A stretch of DNA of 64,000 bases from an uncultured Actinomycetes bacterium (GTDB taxonomy: Bacteria > Actinomycetota > UBA4738 > HRBIN12), in the NCBI GenBank assembly GCA_963704885.1, contig CAVPIB010000001.1:224001-288000 (forward strand), read 5' to 3'. The translations under genes were made by a program, and so were the position numbers. The stretch's first letter is position 1; every line of letters starts with the position of its first letter. Below are positions 38,323 through 48,124 of the stretch, piece after piece. The notes beneath the pieces were generated by a model that had not been told where the DNA came from, did not search any database, and worked only from the letters and a program-made list of their open reading frames with translations.

Positions 38323-38393
38323 GCCCTCATTCTGGCGTTAGCGCAGGGTATTGTCTGGCGCTCAGCTGCCCCAGAGAGGAGGGAGAACCGTCG

Positions 38394-40034
38394 ATGCCTA
38401 CGGATCGGTACGACGTGATCGTCGTCGGCGGGGGCCACAACGGCCTCGTCGCCGCGGCCTATCTCGCCAAGATGGGAGCGAAGGTCGTGGTGCTTGAGTC
38501 CCGTCACAAGACGGGCGGCGCCGCCGACACGTCCTCCCCGTTCCCGGAGCACCCCGACGTCAAGGTCACGACGCTCTCCTACGTCATGAGCCTCATGCCG
38601 CCGTCGATCGTCCGCGACCTGCGGCTCGAGGCTTTCGGCTACAAGGTTGTGCCCATGGCGGGCTCCTACGCCCCGCAACCGGGTTCGGGGGGTATCCGCG
38701 ATGACGACGGGAAGAGCGGCCGGTTCCGCGAGACCCTGTCCCACTTCTCGAAGACCGACGCGGACGTCTACGAGGACTGGTCGGCGTGGCTCGCGCGCAG
38801 CGCGGGCTTCCTCGGACCGCTCCTGATGGAGACACCCCCGAACCTCGGATCCCTGGCGTTGGGGGATCTGGCCGACCAGGCGCGATTCGCGCTCCGTCAT
38901 CGTTCCGGTATGAGCTCCCGTCAGGCCGCCGACATCACCAAGCTCTTCACCATGAGCGCCGCCGATCTGCTCGGCGAGTGGTTCGAAGCGACGGAACTCA
39001 AGGCGCTCATCGCGACCGGCGGCATCATCGGCACGTGGGCAGGACCCGAGGAACCGGGCACGGCCTACGTCTTGATGCATCATGCCGTCGGCGACCTCGG
39101 CGACGGCAATCTCTCGGAGTGGGGATACCCGATCGGCGGCATGGGCGCCGTGACCAGCGCGTTGCGGGCGAGTGCGGAGTCCTTCGGCGCCGAGATCCGT
39201 GTCGACAGCCCCGTCGCCCGCATCCTGGTCGCGGCCGGTGCGGTCCGTGGCGCGAGCACTGCGTCGGGCGAGGAGTTCCGAGCGCCGCTGGTCATCTCGG
39301 CCTGCCACCCGAAGATCACGTTCTTGAACCAGATCGACCGCGGGGAGCTCCCGGATGAGTTCGTCCGGGATATCGAGCACTGGAAGACGCGGAGCGGGAC
39401 CGTGAAGATCAACCTGGCGCTGTCGCACTTGCCTGCCTTCCGCGACGATCCGAACGGCGAGGATCCGGAGATCGCCGGTTCCTCGATCCAGGTTTCCCCC
39501 AGCATCCGATACCTGGAGAAGGCGTTCGAAGAGGCGCGGGACGGCAGGGCGTCGACCGCACCGTTCTCAGAGACGTGCCTCCCGAGCTACTACGACCCGA
39601 CGCTCGCGCCCGACGGCATGCACGTGATGTCGATGTTCACGCAGTGGGTGCCCCATGGGTGGGCGCAGGAGCGTCATCAGGACGAGCTCGAGGCGTACGC
39701 GGACCGACTGGTGGACATCCACGACGACTTCATGCCGGGCTTCAAGGACGCGATCGTGGGCCGCCAGGTCATCGGGCCGTGGCAGATGGAGCACGAGTGG
39801 GGCCTGATCGGCGGCAACATCTTCCACGGTGAGCTCACCACGGACCAGCTGTTCCACATGCGGCCCGCACCTGGCTACGCGGACTACCGCACGCCGATCC
39901 GCGGGCTCTATCAGGCGTCCTCTGCCACGCACGCCGGCGGTGGGGTGACCGGGCTTCCCGGCCATCACGTCGTCCGCGAGATCGTCAAGGATCGCAAGCG
40001 AGAGCGGTTCCGTAGGCGAGGCCGAGGTCGATGA
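38394..40034 (+). CDS. NAD(P)/FAD-dependent oxidoreductase, phytoene dehydrogenase-like/PYROXD2-like
   Basis: VGGGHNGLVAAAYLA, PGTAYVLMHH, GGMG, GGNIFHG, YRTPI.GLY, HAGGGVTG.PG. Confidence 0.88.
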   Translation: MPTDRYDVIVVGGGHNGLVAAAYLAKMGAKVVVLESRHKTGGAADTSSPFPEHPDVKVTTLSYVMSLMPPSIVRDLRLEAFGYKVVPMAGSYAPQPGSGGIRDDDGKSGRFRETLSHFSKTDADVYEDWSAWLARSAGFLGPLLMETPPNLGSLALGDLADQARFALRHRSGMSSRQAADITKLFTMSAADLLGEWFEATELKALIATGGIIGTWAGPEEPGTAYVLMHHAVGDLGDGNLSEWGYPIGGMGAVTSALRASAESFGAEIRVDSPVARILVAAGAVRGASTASGEEFRAPLVISACHPKITFLNQIDRGELPDEFVRDIEHWKTRSGTVKINLALSHLPAFRDDPNGEDPEIAGSSIQVSPSIRYLEKAFEEARDGRASTAPFSETCLPSYYDPTLAPDGMHVMSMFTQWVPHGWAQERHQDELEAYADRLVDIHDDFMPGFKDAIVGRQVIGPWQMEHEWGLIGGNIFHGELTTDQLFHMRPAPGYADYRTPIRGLYQASSATHAGGGVTGLPGHHVVREIVKDRKRERFRRRGRGR

Positions 40035-40411
40035 AGGACGACGGGCATCGGATCGCTCATCTCGACTCGGTGACTATCGACTGCCGCGACCCTGAGCGCC
40101 TCGCGGCCTTCTGGGCCTCGGTGTTCGGGACCGCCGAAGAGTGGCGTGGCGGCGATCCCGTGCAGTACATCGATCTCGCCGGGACCGACGGATCCCCCGT
40201 GGTCCGGCTCCAGCGGGTCCCCGAGCCGAAGACCGTCAAGGACAGGATCCATCTCGACCTGCGCGTCGACGACATCGAGGAGGCATGCAGGCGGGTCATC
40301 GAGTTGGGCGGTGTCAGGGCGGAGCAGGGCGACGTCCGTGAGTACGAGGTCGTGTTCAGGGTGATGCTCGACCCTGAGGGCAACGAGTTCTGCCTGGTTT
40401 CCAACGCGTAG
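40031..40411 (+). CDS. VOC/glyoxalase family protein
   Basis: IDC.DPERLAAFWA, KDRIHLD, DPEGNEFC; ATGA overlap with the upstream gene. Confidence 0.88.
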   Translation: MKDDGHRIAHLDSVTIDCRDPERLAAFWASVFGTAEEWRGGDPVQYIDLAGTDGSPVVRLQRVPEPKTVKDRIHLDLRVDDIEEACRRVIELGGVRAEQGDVREYEVVFRVMLDPEGNEFCLVSNA

Positions 40412-40435
40412 GGATCGATCAGACCGGAGGATCAC

Positions 40436-41605
40436 GTGGAACCGATCGCAACTGAGGGCATATCTTCAGACGTCTACGTCGGCCCGTTCCACGAGAAACA
40501 GCGTGCGATGGGTGGGACCTTCTACGAGGACTACGGCACGCTGTGGACCGCCACGTTCGGAGACCCGGTCTCGGAGTACTGGTCGGTCCGCAGGGGCGCG
40601 GCGCTGTGGGACACGTACGCCTTGGTCAAGTTCCACCTCACGGGTCGGGACACGCTCCTGGCGCTTGACCGGCTGTTCACGCGGCGACTCGTCGACGCTG
40701 AGCCTGGTGTCGTGCGCTACGGGATGCTCCTCGATGAGCAGGGCCTGATGCTCGACGAGGCGACCATCGTCGTCGTTTCTCCCAAGGAGGCATACCTGTT
40801 CGGGAACGATGAGCGAGCCGGCTTCACGGGGCACATGGCCGCCCATACCGTCGGGATGGACCTGAACATCGAGGATGTCAGCCGAGCGATCCCGAGCCTC
40901 GCCGTGCAAGGGCCCCGGTCCTTCGACGTGCTCTCGAAACTGACGTACACGGACTTCGGATCACTACGCTGGTTCCGCTGCCTTCCCGACCCGATAGAGA
41001 TCGCGGGAGTGAGGGGACTCTTGGTGCGCGCCGGCTTCACCGGGGAGCTCGGCTACGAGTTCTACATGCTCGATGGGGATGACGGTGCCGAGGGCCTTTG
41101 GGATGCGGTTGCCAGCGCAGGTGCGGCGCCCATCGGCTTGGATGCCATCGAGAAGCTTCGGATCGAGGCCGGCCTGCTCATCGCGGAAGAGGACTACTGG
41201 CCCGGTGAAACCGACCCTCTGGACCTTGGGATGGAGCGGTTCATCGACTTCGATGGCCACGACTTCGTCGGACGCGATGCGGTGAGGGAGCGGCTGGAGG
41301 ACCCGCCGCGACGGTTCGTGACGCTTGCTCTGGAGGGCGAGATGGCACCGGAGCATGGGGCGCCGGTGGAAGTCGGAGGCACGACCGTCGGGGATGTCCG
41401 AAGCGCTGACACCACGCCTCGCTTCGGAACCCTCGCGTTGGCGGTCCTGGACGCTGCGCATTCCCGCCCGGGAGGTCGCGTGGATGTCGGTGGTTCCGCG
41501 GGCCGCGTGCACCCAGTACCGATCGACGACCCTGAGAAGCTTCGGCCACGTAGCGATCCTCGAGATCCGATGACGGCCCACCAACCGGAAACGCCGCGAG
41601 GCTAG
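40436..41605 (+). CDS. Standalone GcvT-family THF-dependent aminomethyltransferase/demethylase
   Basis: FGDPVSEY..VR, QGPRS, RAGFTGELGYE, LRIEAG, F(V)GR. Confidence 0.87.
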   Translation: MEPIATEGISSDVYVGPFHEKQRAMGGTFYEDYGTLWTATFGDPVSEYWSVRRGAALWDTYALVKFHLTGRDTLLALDRLFTRRLVDAEPGVVRYGMLLDEQGLMLDEATIVVVSPKEAYLFGNDERAGFTGHMAAHTVGMDLNIEDVSRAIPSLAVQGPRSFDVLSKLTYTDFGSLRWFRCLPDPIEIAGVRGLLVRAGFTGELGYEFYMLDGDDGAEGLWDAVASAGAAPIGLDAIEKLRIEAGLLIAEEDYWPGETDPLDLGMERFIDFDGHDFVGRDAVRERLEDPPRRFVTLALEGEMAPEHGAPVEVGGTTVGDVRSADTTPRFGTLALAVLDAAHSRPGGRVDVGGSAGRVHPVPIDDPEKLRPRSDPRDPMTAHQPETPRG

Positions 41606-41650
41606 GTGAGCCCCTGAACTCGTGATCGGCGACGTAACAGGAGGCGACAG

Positions 41651-44119
41651 ATGACCGACATCCCGCAGCGTGCCCAGGTCGTGGTGATCGGCGGCGGCGC
41701 GATCGGCACCAGCATCGCGTACCACCTCACGAAGCTGGGCATCACCGACGTGGTGCTCCTCGAACGCAAGGAGCTTACCTCCGGAACCACCTGGCATGCC
41801 GCCGGTCTGATCACCAGCGCCGGCATGCCGACGGAGACGTTCCTGTGGATGTCGCGCTACACGACCGAGCTGCTGCCCAAGCTGACGGAGGAGACGGGCC
41901 AGGACACCGGGTTCCGCACCATCGGGCACCTCCACATCGCGTCCACGCCCCAGCGGGTCGAGACGGTCACCCGAGAGGCGATCTTCGCCAAGGCACACGG
42001 CGTGCCGATCGAGATGGTCGGCCCCGAAGAAGTCCTGCGGCATTGGCCCACCATCAGGGTCGACGACGTCCTCGCGGCCGCCTGGGTGCCCGACGAGGGG
42101 CGCGCCAACCCCGCCGATGTCGCGATGGCGTACGCCAAGGGGGCCCGCATGGGCGGCGCCACGATCATCGAGGGCGTCCCGGTCACGGGCTTCACGCGGA
42201 CCAACGACCGTGTCACGGGCGTGGTGACGGATCAGGGAACGATCGAGACCGAAACGGTCGTCGTCGCAGCCGGCATGTGGGGCCGCCAGCTCGGGGAACT
42301 CGCGGGCGTCTCGCTGCCGCTGCAGGCGGCTGAGCACTACTACCTACTGACGGACGAGGTCGAGTGGGCCGACACGAACGCACCTGTCGTCGAGGATCCC
42401 GACCGCTACGGCTACTACCGCGAGGAAGGCGGCGGCATGCTCGTCGGTCTGTTCGAGCCCGAGGCCGGCCCCTGGTCGCTCGACAGCATCCCGGAAGACC
42501 TCGGCTTCGCGGTGTTGCCGCCGGACTGGGAGCGCACCGGTGGGTTCCTCGCCACCGCCCTGGACCGATTCCCGATGCTGGAGTCCGTCGGTATCCGCCA
42601 GTTCTTCTGCGGCCCCGAGAGCTTCACGCCGGACAACGGGCCCTTGATCGGCGAGGTGCCCGAGCTACGCGGCTTCTACGCGGCGTGTGGACTGAACTCC
42701 CTCGGCATCCTGTTCTCCGGCGGCGTCGGTTCGATGGTGGCCCAGTGGATCCAAGAGGGCGAGCCGCCCGTGGACGTCACGGGGATCCATCCCGACCGAT
42801 TGCTGCCGTTCATGAAGAACCGCTCCTTCAGGAAGGAACGCACAGTCGAGTTGCTCGGCGACTCGTTCGGCGACGCCTTCTTCCCGACGTGGCAGCCTCG
42901 CTACGCGCGCAACGTGCGTCGCTCGGTGATCCACGACCGCTTGGTCGAAGCCGGAGCCGAGTTCGCCGTGCTGACGGGCTACGAGGTGCCGGAGTGGTTC
43001 GCCGCGCCAGGCGTGTCCCACGAGCGCGCGCAGTCATGGGTTCGTGACCAGGCCTTCGACGCGACGGCGGCCGAGCACCGCGCGGTCCGTGAGGCGGTCG
43101 GCGTCATGGACATGACGTTCATGGCCAGCCTGCTCGTCCAGGGACCGGACGCGCTGACCCTGCTCAACCGGGTGAGCGCGGGCCAGATCGACGTGCCCGT
43201 CGGCAGGATCGTCTACACCCACTGGTGCACTCCCAAGGGCGGCATCTGGACCGACCTGACCGTCACGCGTCTCGACGAGGACAGGTTCATGGTGATCGGA
43301 GCCGACATCATCCACCGGCGGATGATCGCGTGGCTCGAGCTCCACAAGGCCGACGGCGAGTTCGTGACGGTTACCGACATGACGAGCGCCCGCACGCTGC
43401 TCACGGTCCAGGGTCCGAGGTCGAGGGAGCTTCTCTCGCGTCTCACGACCGCGGATCTGTCCAACGAAGCCTTCCCCTACATGAGCGCGCAGGAGATCGA
43501 CGCGTATCACGGGGTCGCGCTCGCGATCCGGGTCACCTATCTCGGCGAGCTCGGATGGGAGCTGCACATCCCGAACGACTTTGCGCTGACCGTCTACGAC
43601 GAACTCCTCGAAGCCGGCCGGGATCTGGGCATCATGCACGCGGGCCTCGGTGCGTTGAACTCGTTGCGCCTGGAGAAGGCCTACCGCGACTACGGGCTCG
43701 ACATCGACAACTCCGACACCCTGCTCGAGGCCGGGCTGGGCTGGGCTGTCGCCTGGGACAAGCCGGACTTCATCGGCAAGGACGCCATGGTGGCCCAGCG
43801 TGACTCCGGGGTGCTGACCTCGCGCCTGGTGCAGGTGCTCGTCAACGATCCCGAGCCCCTCCTGTACGAGCGCGAGCAGCTCTACCGCGAAGGGGAACGG
43901 GTGGGTGAGGTGGAGAACGGCGCCTACGGCCACACCCTCGGAGGCGGAGTCGGGCTGGCGAGCATCGATCTCGATGACAACATCACGGACGACTTCATCA
44001 ACAGCGGCAGCTGGGAACTCGACATCGTGGGCACGCGCTACGCGGCGACCGTGTCCCTCACGCCTCTCTACGACCCCTTGCGAGAGCGCATCAAGGCGCG
44101 TCTCGTGGGCGGCGACTGA
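41651..44119 (+). CDS. Dimethylglycine/sarcosine dehydrogenase-like flavoprotein (FAD domain + GcvT domain)
   Basis: GGGAIG, SGTTWHAAG (covalent-FAD His), GPESFTPD, YLGELGWELH, RLEKAYR. Confidence 0.9.
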   Translation: MTDIPQRAQVVVIGGGAIGTSIAYHLTKLGITDVVLLERKELTSGTTWHAAGLITSAGMPTETFLWMSRYTTELLPKLTEETGQDTGFRTIGHLHIASTPQRVETVTREAIFAKAHGVPIEMVGPEEVLRHWPTIRVDDVLAAAWVPDEGRANPADVAMAYAKGARMGGATIIEGVPVTGFTRTNDRVTGVVTDQGTIETETVVVAAGMWGRQLGELAGVSLPLQAAEHYYLLTDEVEWADTNAPVVEDPDRYGYYREEGGGMLVGLFEPEAGPWSLDSIPEDLGFAVLPPDWERTGGFLATALDRFPMLESVGIRQFFCGPESFTPDNGPLIGEVPELRGFYAACGLNSLGILFSGGVGSMVAQWIQEGEPPVDVTGIHPDRLLPFMKNRSFRKERTVELLGDSFGDAFFPTWQPRYARNVRRSVIHDRLVEAGAEFAVLTGYEVPEWFAAPGVSHERAQSWVRDQAFDATAAEHRAVREAVGVMDMTFMASLLVQGPDALTLLNRVSAGQIDVPVGRIVYTHWCTPKGGIWTDLTVTRLDEDRFMVIGADIIHRRMIAWLELHKADGEFVTVTDMTSARTLLTVQGPRSRELLSRLTTADLSNEAFPYMSAQEIDAYHGVALAIRVTYLGELGWELHIPNDFALTVYDELLEAGRDLGIMHAGLGALNSLRLEKAYRDYGLDIDNSDTLLEAGLGWAVAWDKPDFIGKDAMVAQRDSGVLTSRLVQVLVNDPEPLLYEREQLYREGERVGEVENGAYGHTLGGGVGLASIDLDDNITDDFINSGSWELDIVGTRYAATVSLTPLYDPLRERIKARLVGGD

Positions 44120-44384
44120 GGCGGGACCAGACTGCGCCACGCGGTCGTGAGGGCCTCGGCGAACGCCACCAGCCTGTGCAGCAGCAGCGTGGGGACGTCC
44201 GGGTAGCTCGCTCCTGGCGGTTCCGGGGGACCGGATCCGTTGAGGCTGGCCAGCGCAGGATATCGCAAATCACTCGGCCCCATTCACCGGTATCCGGTGT
44301 CGATATCCGGGATTCCGTCTCCTAATCCCCGGGGGCAACTCCTAGCATCACGAAGTCCTGTCGACGCCAGAGGAGGCTGCGGAG

Positions 44385-46061
44385 ATGGCTGGTACCGGAA
44401 GAGGGAAGATGCGCCGCTACGTCGAAGCCGATCGCGAAGCCCGCCGGACGGGGGTACCCGTCGAAGAGGTATTCGGGCTCCGGGAAGAGGCCTACCAATG
44501 GGACGTCCAGCGTTCCCTAGATGCCTCCTTCGCGCACGAGACCGAACGGGAGCGGGCCCGCGACCGGATCGAGAGCGGTATCAGCCGGCGCGACTTCCTC
44601 AAGCGCGGTGGATTGGTTGGCGCAGGTGTCATCGGGCTCACGATGCTGAGCGCCTCCGATCCCCTGGCCAGGCGCGCCAACGCTGCGACCGCACCACGAG
44701 TGGTCGTCGTCGGCGCCGGGATCGCCGGCATGACCGCCGCGTACCGGATCTACAAGAGCACGGGCTGGGTCCCCCAGGTGTACGAGGCCACCCAGCGCGT
44801 CAGCGGTCGCGTCGAAACGGTCCGTGGGAAGATGCAGGATAGCGAGTACTTCGAGGAATGTGCCTCGGGGATCGACACCAACCAGTCGGGCCCAGGCTCG
44901 ATCATCGCACTGGCAGAGGAGTTGGGACTCCAGCCGTTCGACGACCTCTGGCTCAACTACCTGAACGGGGACGACGTCTACCACTACCTCGGCAAGAAGT
45001 ACACGTGGAATCAGCTCAAGGCTGGCGTCGCCGCGATCGACAACTTCGCCAACGTCCAATGGAGGAAGATCAAGTTCCTCCCCGCGTACAACAAGACCAA
45101 CGCGACCGCGACGACGTGGGATAACAAGACCGTCTTGGAGCTGATCAACTCGACCGCCTACCCCGTGACCACACCGGCAGGTGCGTACTACGCGCAGACC
45201 ATAGCCGGCGACGCCGGCGGGCCTGCCGACAAGATGAGCGCCCTCCATGCGATCCTCAATCAGGGGGGGAGGACGATCTGGCCAACGGGTGACAACAAGT
45301 ACGACGAACGCTGGGCGATCCCAGGCGGCAACGACGTGCTGGCGAGCACATTGACCTCGAGGATCCCGGCCGGGTCGGTGCACTTCGACCAGGCCTTGGT
45401 CGCGATCAAGAAGAACACCGACAACACGTACACACTGACCTTCCAGGGATCGGGCGGCGGCGGAACCTCGACCGTGGTCGCCGACCGGGTGGTCATGGCG
45501 AACCCGCCCACCACGATGAAGTACATCAACTACTCGGCTGCCGGGTTCAGCGCCCAGAAGGTGAAGTGCTTCGCCCAGCCGTTGGGCAACAACGCCAAGC
45601 TGGCGCTGCAGTTCAACGGACAGGCCTGGGCACCCGCGACCGGTGACGCGTACTCGGACACGGTCGGGGGGTACACCTGGCCGGTCCAGTTCAGAAGTAC
45701 CGCGAAACCGCACCTGCTGCTGCTGAACAACAAGGACTACGGTCCACTCACCGCAGAGGAAGCGTCACCCGCGGTCGTTTCCGAGTCTCTCGCGGCGTTG
45801 GACAAGTTGTTCCCGGGGATCAGCATCAGTTTCATCCCCGGACAGTGCTACATCTCACAGCGCACCAACGACAAGTACACCGGCGGTTCCTACCCCTACT
45901 ACGGGCTCGGCGGCTTCACTGGTTACCAGGGCTATCAGAAGGTACGCGAAGGCAACGTTCATTTCGCCGGTGACCATGCGGCGGACTACGCCAGGATCGG
46001 GTACATGGACGGCGCCGTCCGGTCGGGCGAGCGTGCCGCCGCCGAGGTCACCAGCTACTAG
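44385..46061 (+). CDS. Flavin monoamine oxidase family protein with an internal twin-arginine signal
   Basis: SRRDFLK + hydrophobic stretch + ANA at about residues 66-100; GAGIAG, SGRV.T, GGSY, HFAGDH, GYMDGAVRSGERAA. Confidence 0.87.
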   Translation: MAGTGRGKMRRYVEADREARRTGVPVEEVFGLREEAYQWDVQRSLDASFAHETERERARDRIESGISRRDFLKRGGLVGAGVIGLTMLSASDPLARRANAATAPRVVVVGAGIAGMTAAYRIYKSTGWVPQVYEATQRVSGRVETVRGKMQDSEYFEECASGIDTNQSGPGSIIALAEELGLQPFDDLWLNYLNGDDVYHYLGKKYTWNQLKAGVAAIDNFANVQWRKIKFLPAYNKTNATATTWDNKTVLELINSTAYPVTTPAGAYYAQTIAGDAGGPADKMSALHAILNQGGRTIWPTGDNKYDERWAIPGGNDVLASTLTSRIPAGSVHFDQALVAIKKNTDNTYTLTFQGSGGGGTSTVVADRVVMANPPTTMKYINYSAAGFSAQKVKCFAQPLGNNAKLALQFNGQAWAPATGDAYSDTVGGYTWPVQFRSTAKPHLLLLNNKDYGPLTAEEASPAVVSESLAALDKLFPGISISFIPGQCYISQRTNDKYTGGSYPYYGLGGFTGYQGYQKVREGNVHFAGDHAADYARIGYMDGAVRSGERAAAEVTSY

Positions 46062-46371
46062 GGTGGTGGGCCGGCTGGCCCCTGAGCCCCTGGACGGATG
46101 CGGGCCACGACTGCACCGACCGAGCGGCTCGCCGGCTCGGATGAACGGCGAACGAGAACCCGGCAAGCGAGAGAGCCTCGGCCGGGGGATCGTCTCCGCG
46201 ACGTCGAGCGCCGGAGGGCGGCGCGGCTCCGAGTCGTGTCGGTGAGGTGGTGGTCATGTTCGACCCGCTACAGCTGACGCCGTCCTCGGCGATCGACTTC
46301 CCAGGGCCCATGACGAACCCCCTCACCGGATACCGCTGACGCTGCTCGGATCTGCCGCGATACTCGGTGGC

Positions 46372-46830
46372 ATGAGCCAGAAACTGGATGATATCGACCT
46401 GCAGATCCTCGACGCGCTCCAAGCAGACGCTCGGACCTCCTTCGTGCGACTGGCGCGGAGTCTCGGAGTGTCCGACACGACCGTCCGGGCGCGGATCGAT
46501 CGCCTCGTGCGTCGCTTCGGCGTGAGGTTCGTGGTCGATATCGACCCCAAGGAACTCGGGATGCTCTACTTCTATCTCGGTGTGCGTGTACAAGGGCCCG
46601 CGATGACACGTGCCGTTGACCGGATGAGTGAACTCCCCGAGATCATCTTCCTCGGGCGCACGTTGGGTGGGTACGACCTTCTCGCGGAGATGGTGTGCCG
46701 AGACAATGCCGACATGGTGCGGATGCTCGACGTGATCCGTTCGATCGCCGGCGTGACGCAGGTCGATACCTACACCGTCTTGACCATCGAGAAGGAGAAC
46801 TGGCGATTCACCAGTCTTGCGCGCGACTAG
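46372..46830 (+). CDS. Lrp/AsnC family transcriptional regulator
   Basis: LDDIDLQILDALQADART, HTH, GGYDL, C-terminal RAM domain. Confidence 0.92.
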   Translation: MSQKLDDIDLQILDALQADARTSFVRLARSLGVSDTTVRARIDRLVRRFGVRFVVDIDPKELGMLYFYLGVRVQGPAMTRAVDRMSELPEIIFLGRTLGGYDLLAEMVCRDNADMVRMLDVIRSIAGVTQVDTYTVLTIEKENWRFTSLARD

Positions 46831-46967
46831 GTATGGCCAACGGATGCAACCGGAACGAAGTACCGCGGTTCGAACGACGCGTCGAGTGCGACCTTTGGAT
46901 CCAGCGCGTGATCGCCTGCTAGCCTCCCGCTCGGGTTCACGAGCGTGGATCTGAGTTCAAGGAGGAC

Positions 46968-47408
46968 ATGGTGAGCGACGACAAGGAAGCCCTGCTGCGC
47001 GCGGAAGCCGAACAAGCGGCGGCGATCGAACACTTCGTCTCAACACTGACGCAAGAGGAGGCGGAGGAGCCAATCCTCAATGAAGACGGCTGGTCGGTGA
47101 AGGACGTCGTGTACCACATCGCGTACTGGCAGTCGCTCGGCGCCGCCGCCACGGTAGACCGAACTGGCTCCTATGCGGGGTCTGACGAGGAGTTGGATCA
47201 AGAGAACGAAAAGGTACTGAAGGCTTCATCGACGGTCTCGTGGGCAAGCGCGCTGGACGAGTGGAACCTGGCGCGAGGCCGGGCTCGTGAGGCTTTCGGG
47301 GCCATCGAGGCGCCGTCCGAGAGCGACATCGAGTGGTTCACGGAAGAAGGCATCGATCACATGGCAAACCACCTGGCGGAGATGGTCGCATGGAAGAGCC
47401 GGCGGTGA
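46968..47408 (+). CDS. DinB/YfiT-like (MDMPI_N) four-helix protein
   Basis: GWSVKDVVYHIAYW ... HMANH; RBS AAGGAGG. Confidence 0.8.
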   Translation: MVSDDKEALLRAEAEQAAAIEHFVSTLTQEEAEEPILNEDGWSVKDVVYHIAYWQSLGAAATVDRTGSYAGSDEELDQENEKVLKASSTVSWASALDEWNLARGRAREAFGAIEAPSESDIEWFTEEGIDHMANHLAEMVAWKSRR

Positions 47409-47492
47409 TCGAACCCTTTCCGGCCGCGCGCTCGTCGGTGGTGGGTGCGTGGAGCTGATCGCCGCCTGGGGGGCTGCGGGAGCAGGGAGCCC

Positions 47493-48062
47493 ATGAACGA
47501 AGCGCACAACGAGTTGTGCTCGAGCCCCGGATGGGCCGAGTACCTACGCACCGATGTGCTCCCGCTCGTCCTTGATGGGATCGACCTCGGGCAAGACATG
47601 ATCGAGGTTGGCCCGGGCTTCGGTCTCGCGACCGACGTCCTGCGGCACCGAGTTACGAACCTGACAGCAGTCGAGATCGACCCGGCTCTCGCCGAAGGAC
47701 TCGCGAAGCGCCTGGCGGGCACCGATGTCACTGTCCTTCAGGCCGACGGGGCTCATCTCCCGTTCGACGCCGGATACTTCAGCTCGGCTGCTTCTTTCAC
47801 CATGCTTCACCATGTTCCATCCGCTTCCAAGCAGGACGAGCTCATGGCCGAACTGGCGCGGGTGCTGCAGCCCGGAGGTGTCCTGATCGGCGCCGACAGC
47901 CTCGACGATGCCGAGTTCAGGGAGTTCCACAGGGATGACGTGTGCGTTCCGGTTGATCCGACAGACCTACCGAGCCGGCTCGAACGATCTGGGTTCTCAG
48001 ACGCGAACGTCGGGACTTCGGGGGAAACACTCTGGTTCGTCGCGCGCACCGCATCCGCGTGA
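47493..48062 (+). CDS. Class I SAM-dependent methyltransferase
   Basis: EVGPGFG, VEID, DGAHLPF, MLHHV, RVLQPGG. Confidence 0.88.
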   Translation: MNEAHNELCSSPGWAEYLRTDVLPLVLDGIDLGQDMIEVGPGFGLATDVLRHRVTNLTAVEIDPALAEGLAKRLAGTDVTVLQADGAHLPFDAGYFSSAASFTMLHHVPSASKQDELMAELARVLQPGGVLIGADSLDDAEFREFHRDDVCVPVDPTDLPSRLERSGFSDANVGTSGETLWFVARTASA

Positions 48063-48124
48063 GTTCATCGACTCCGGCAACACGGGTGCGAACCCGCACC
48101 TATCTCGATGGATGCTCCCTTGCG

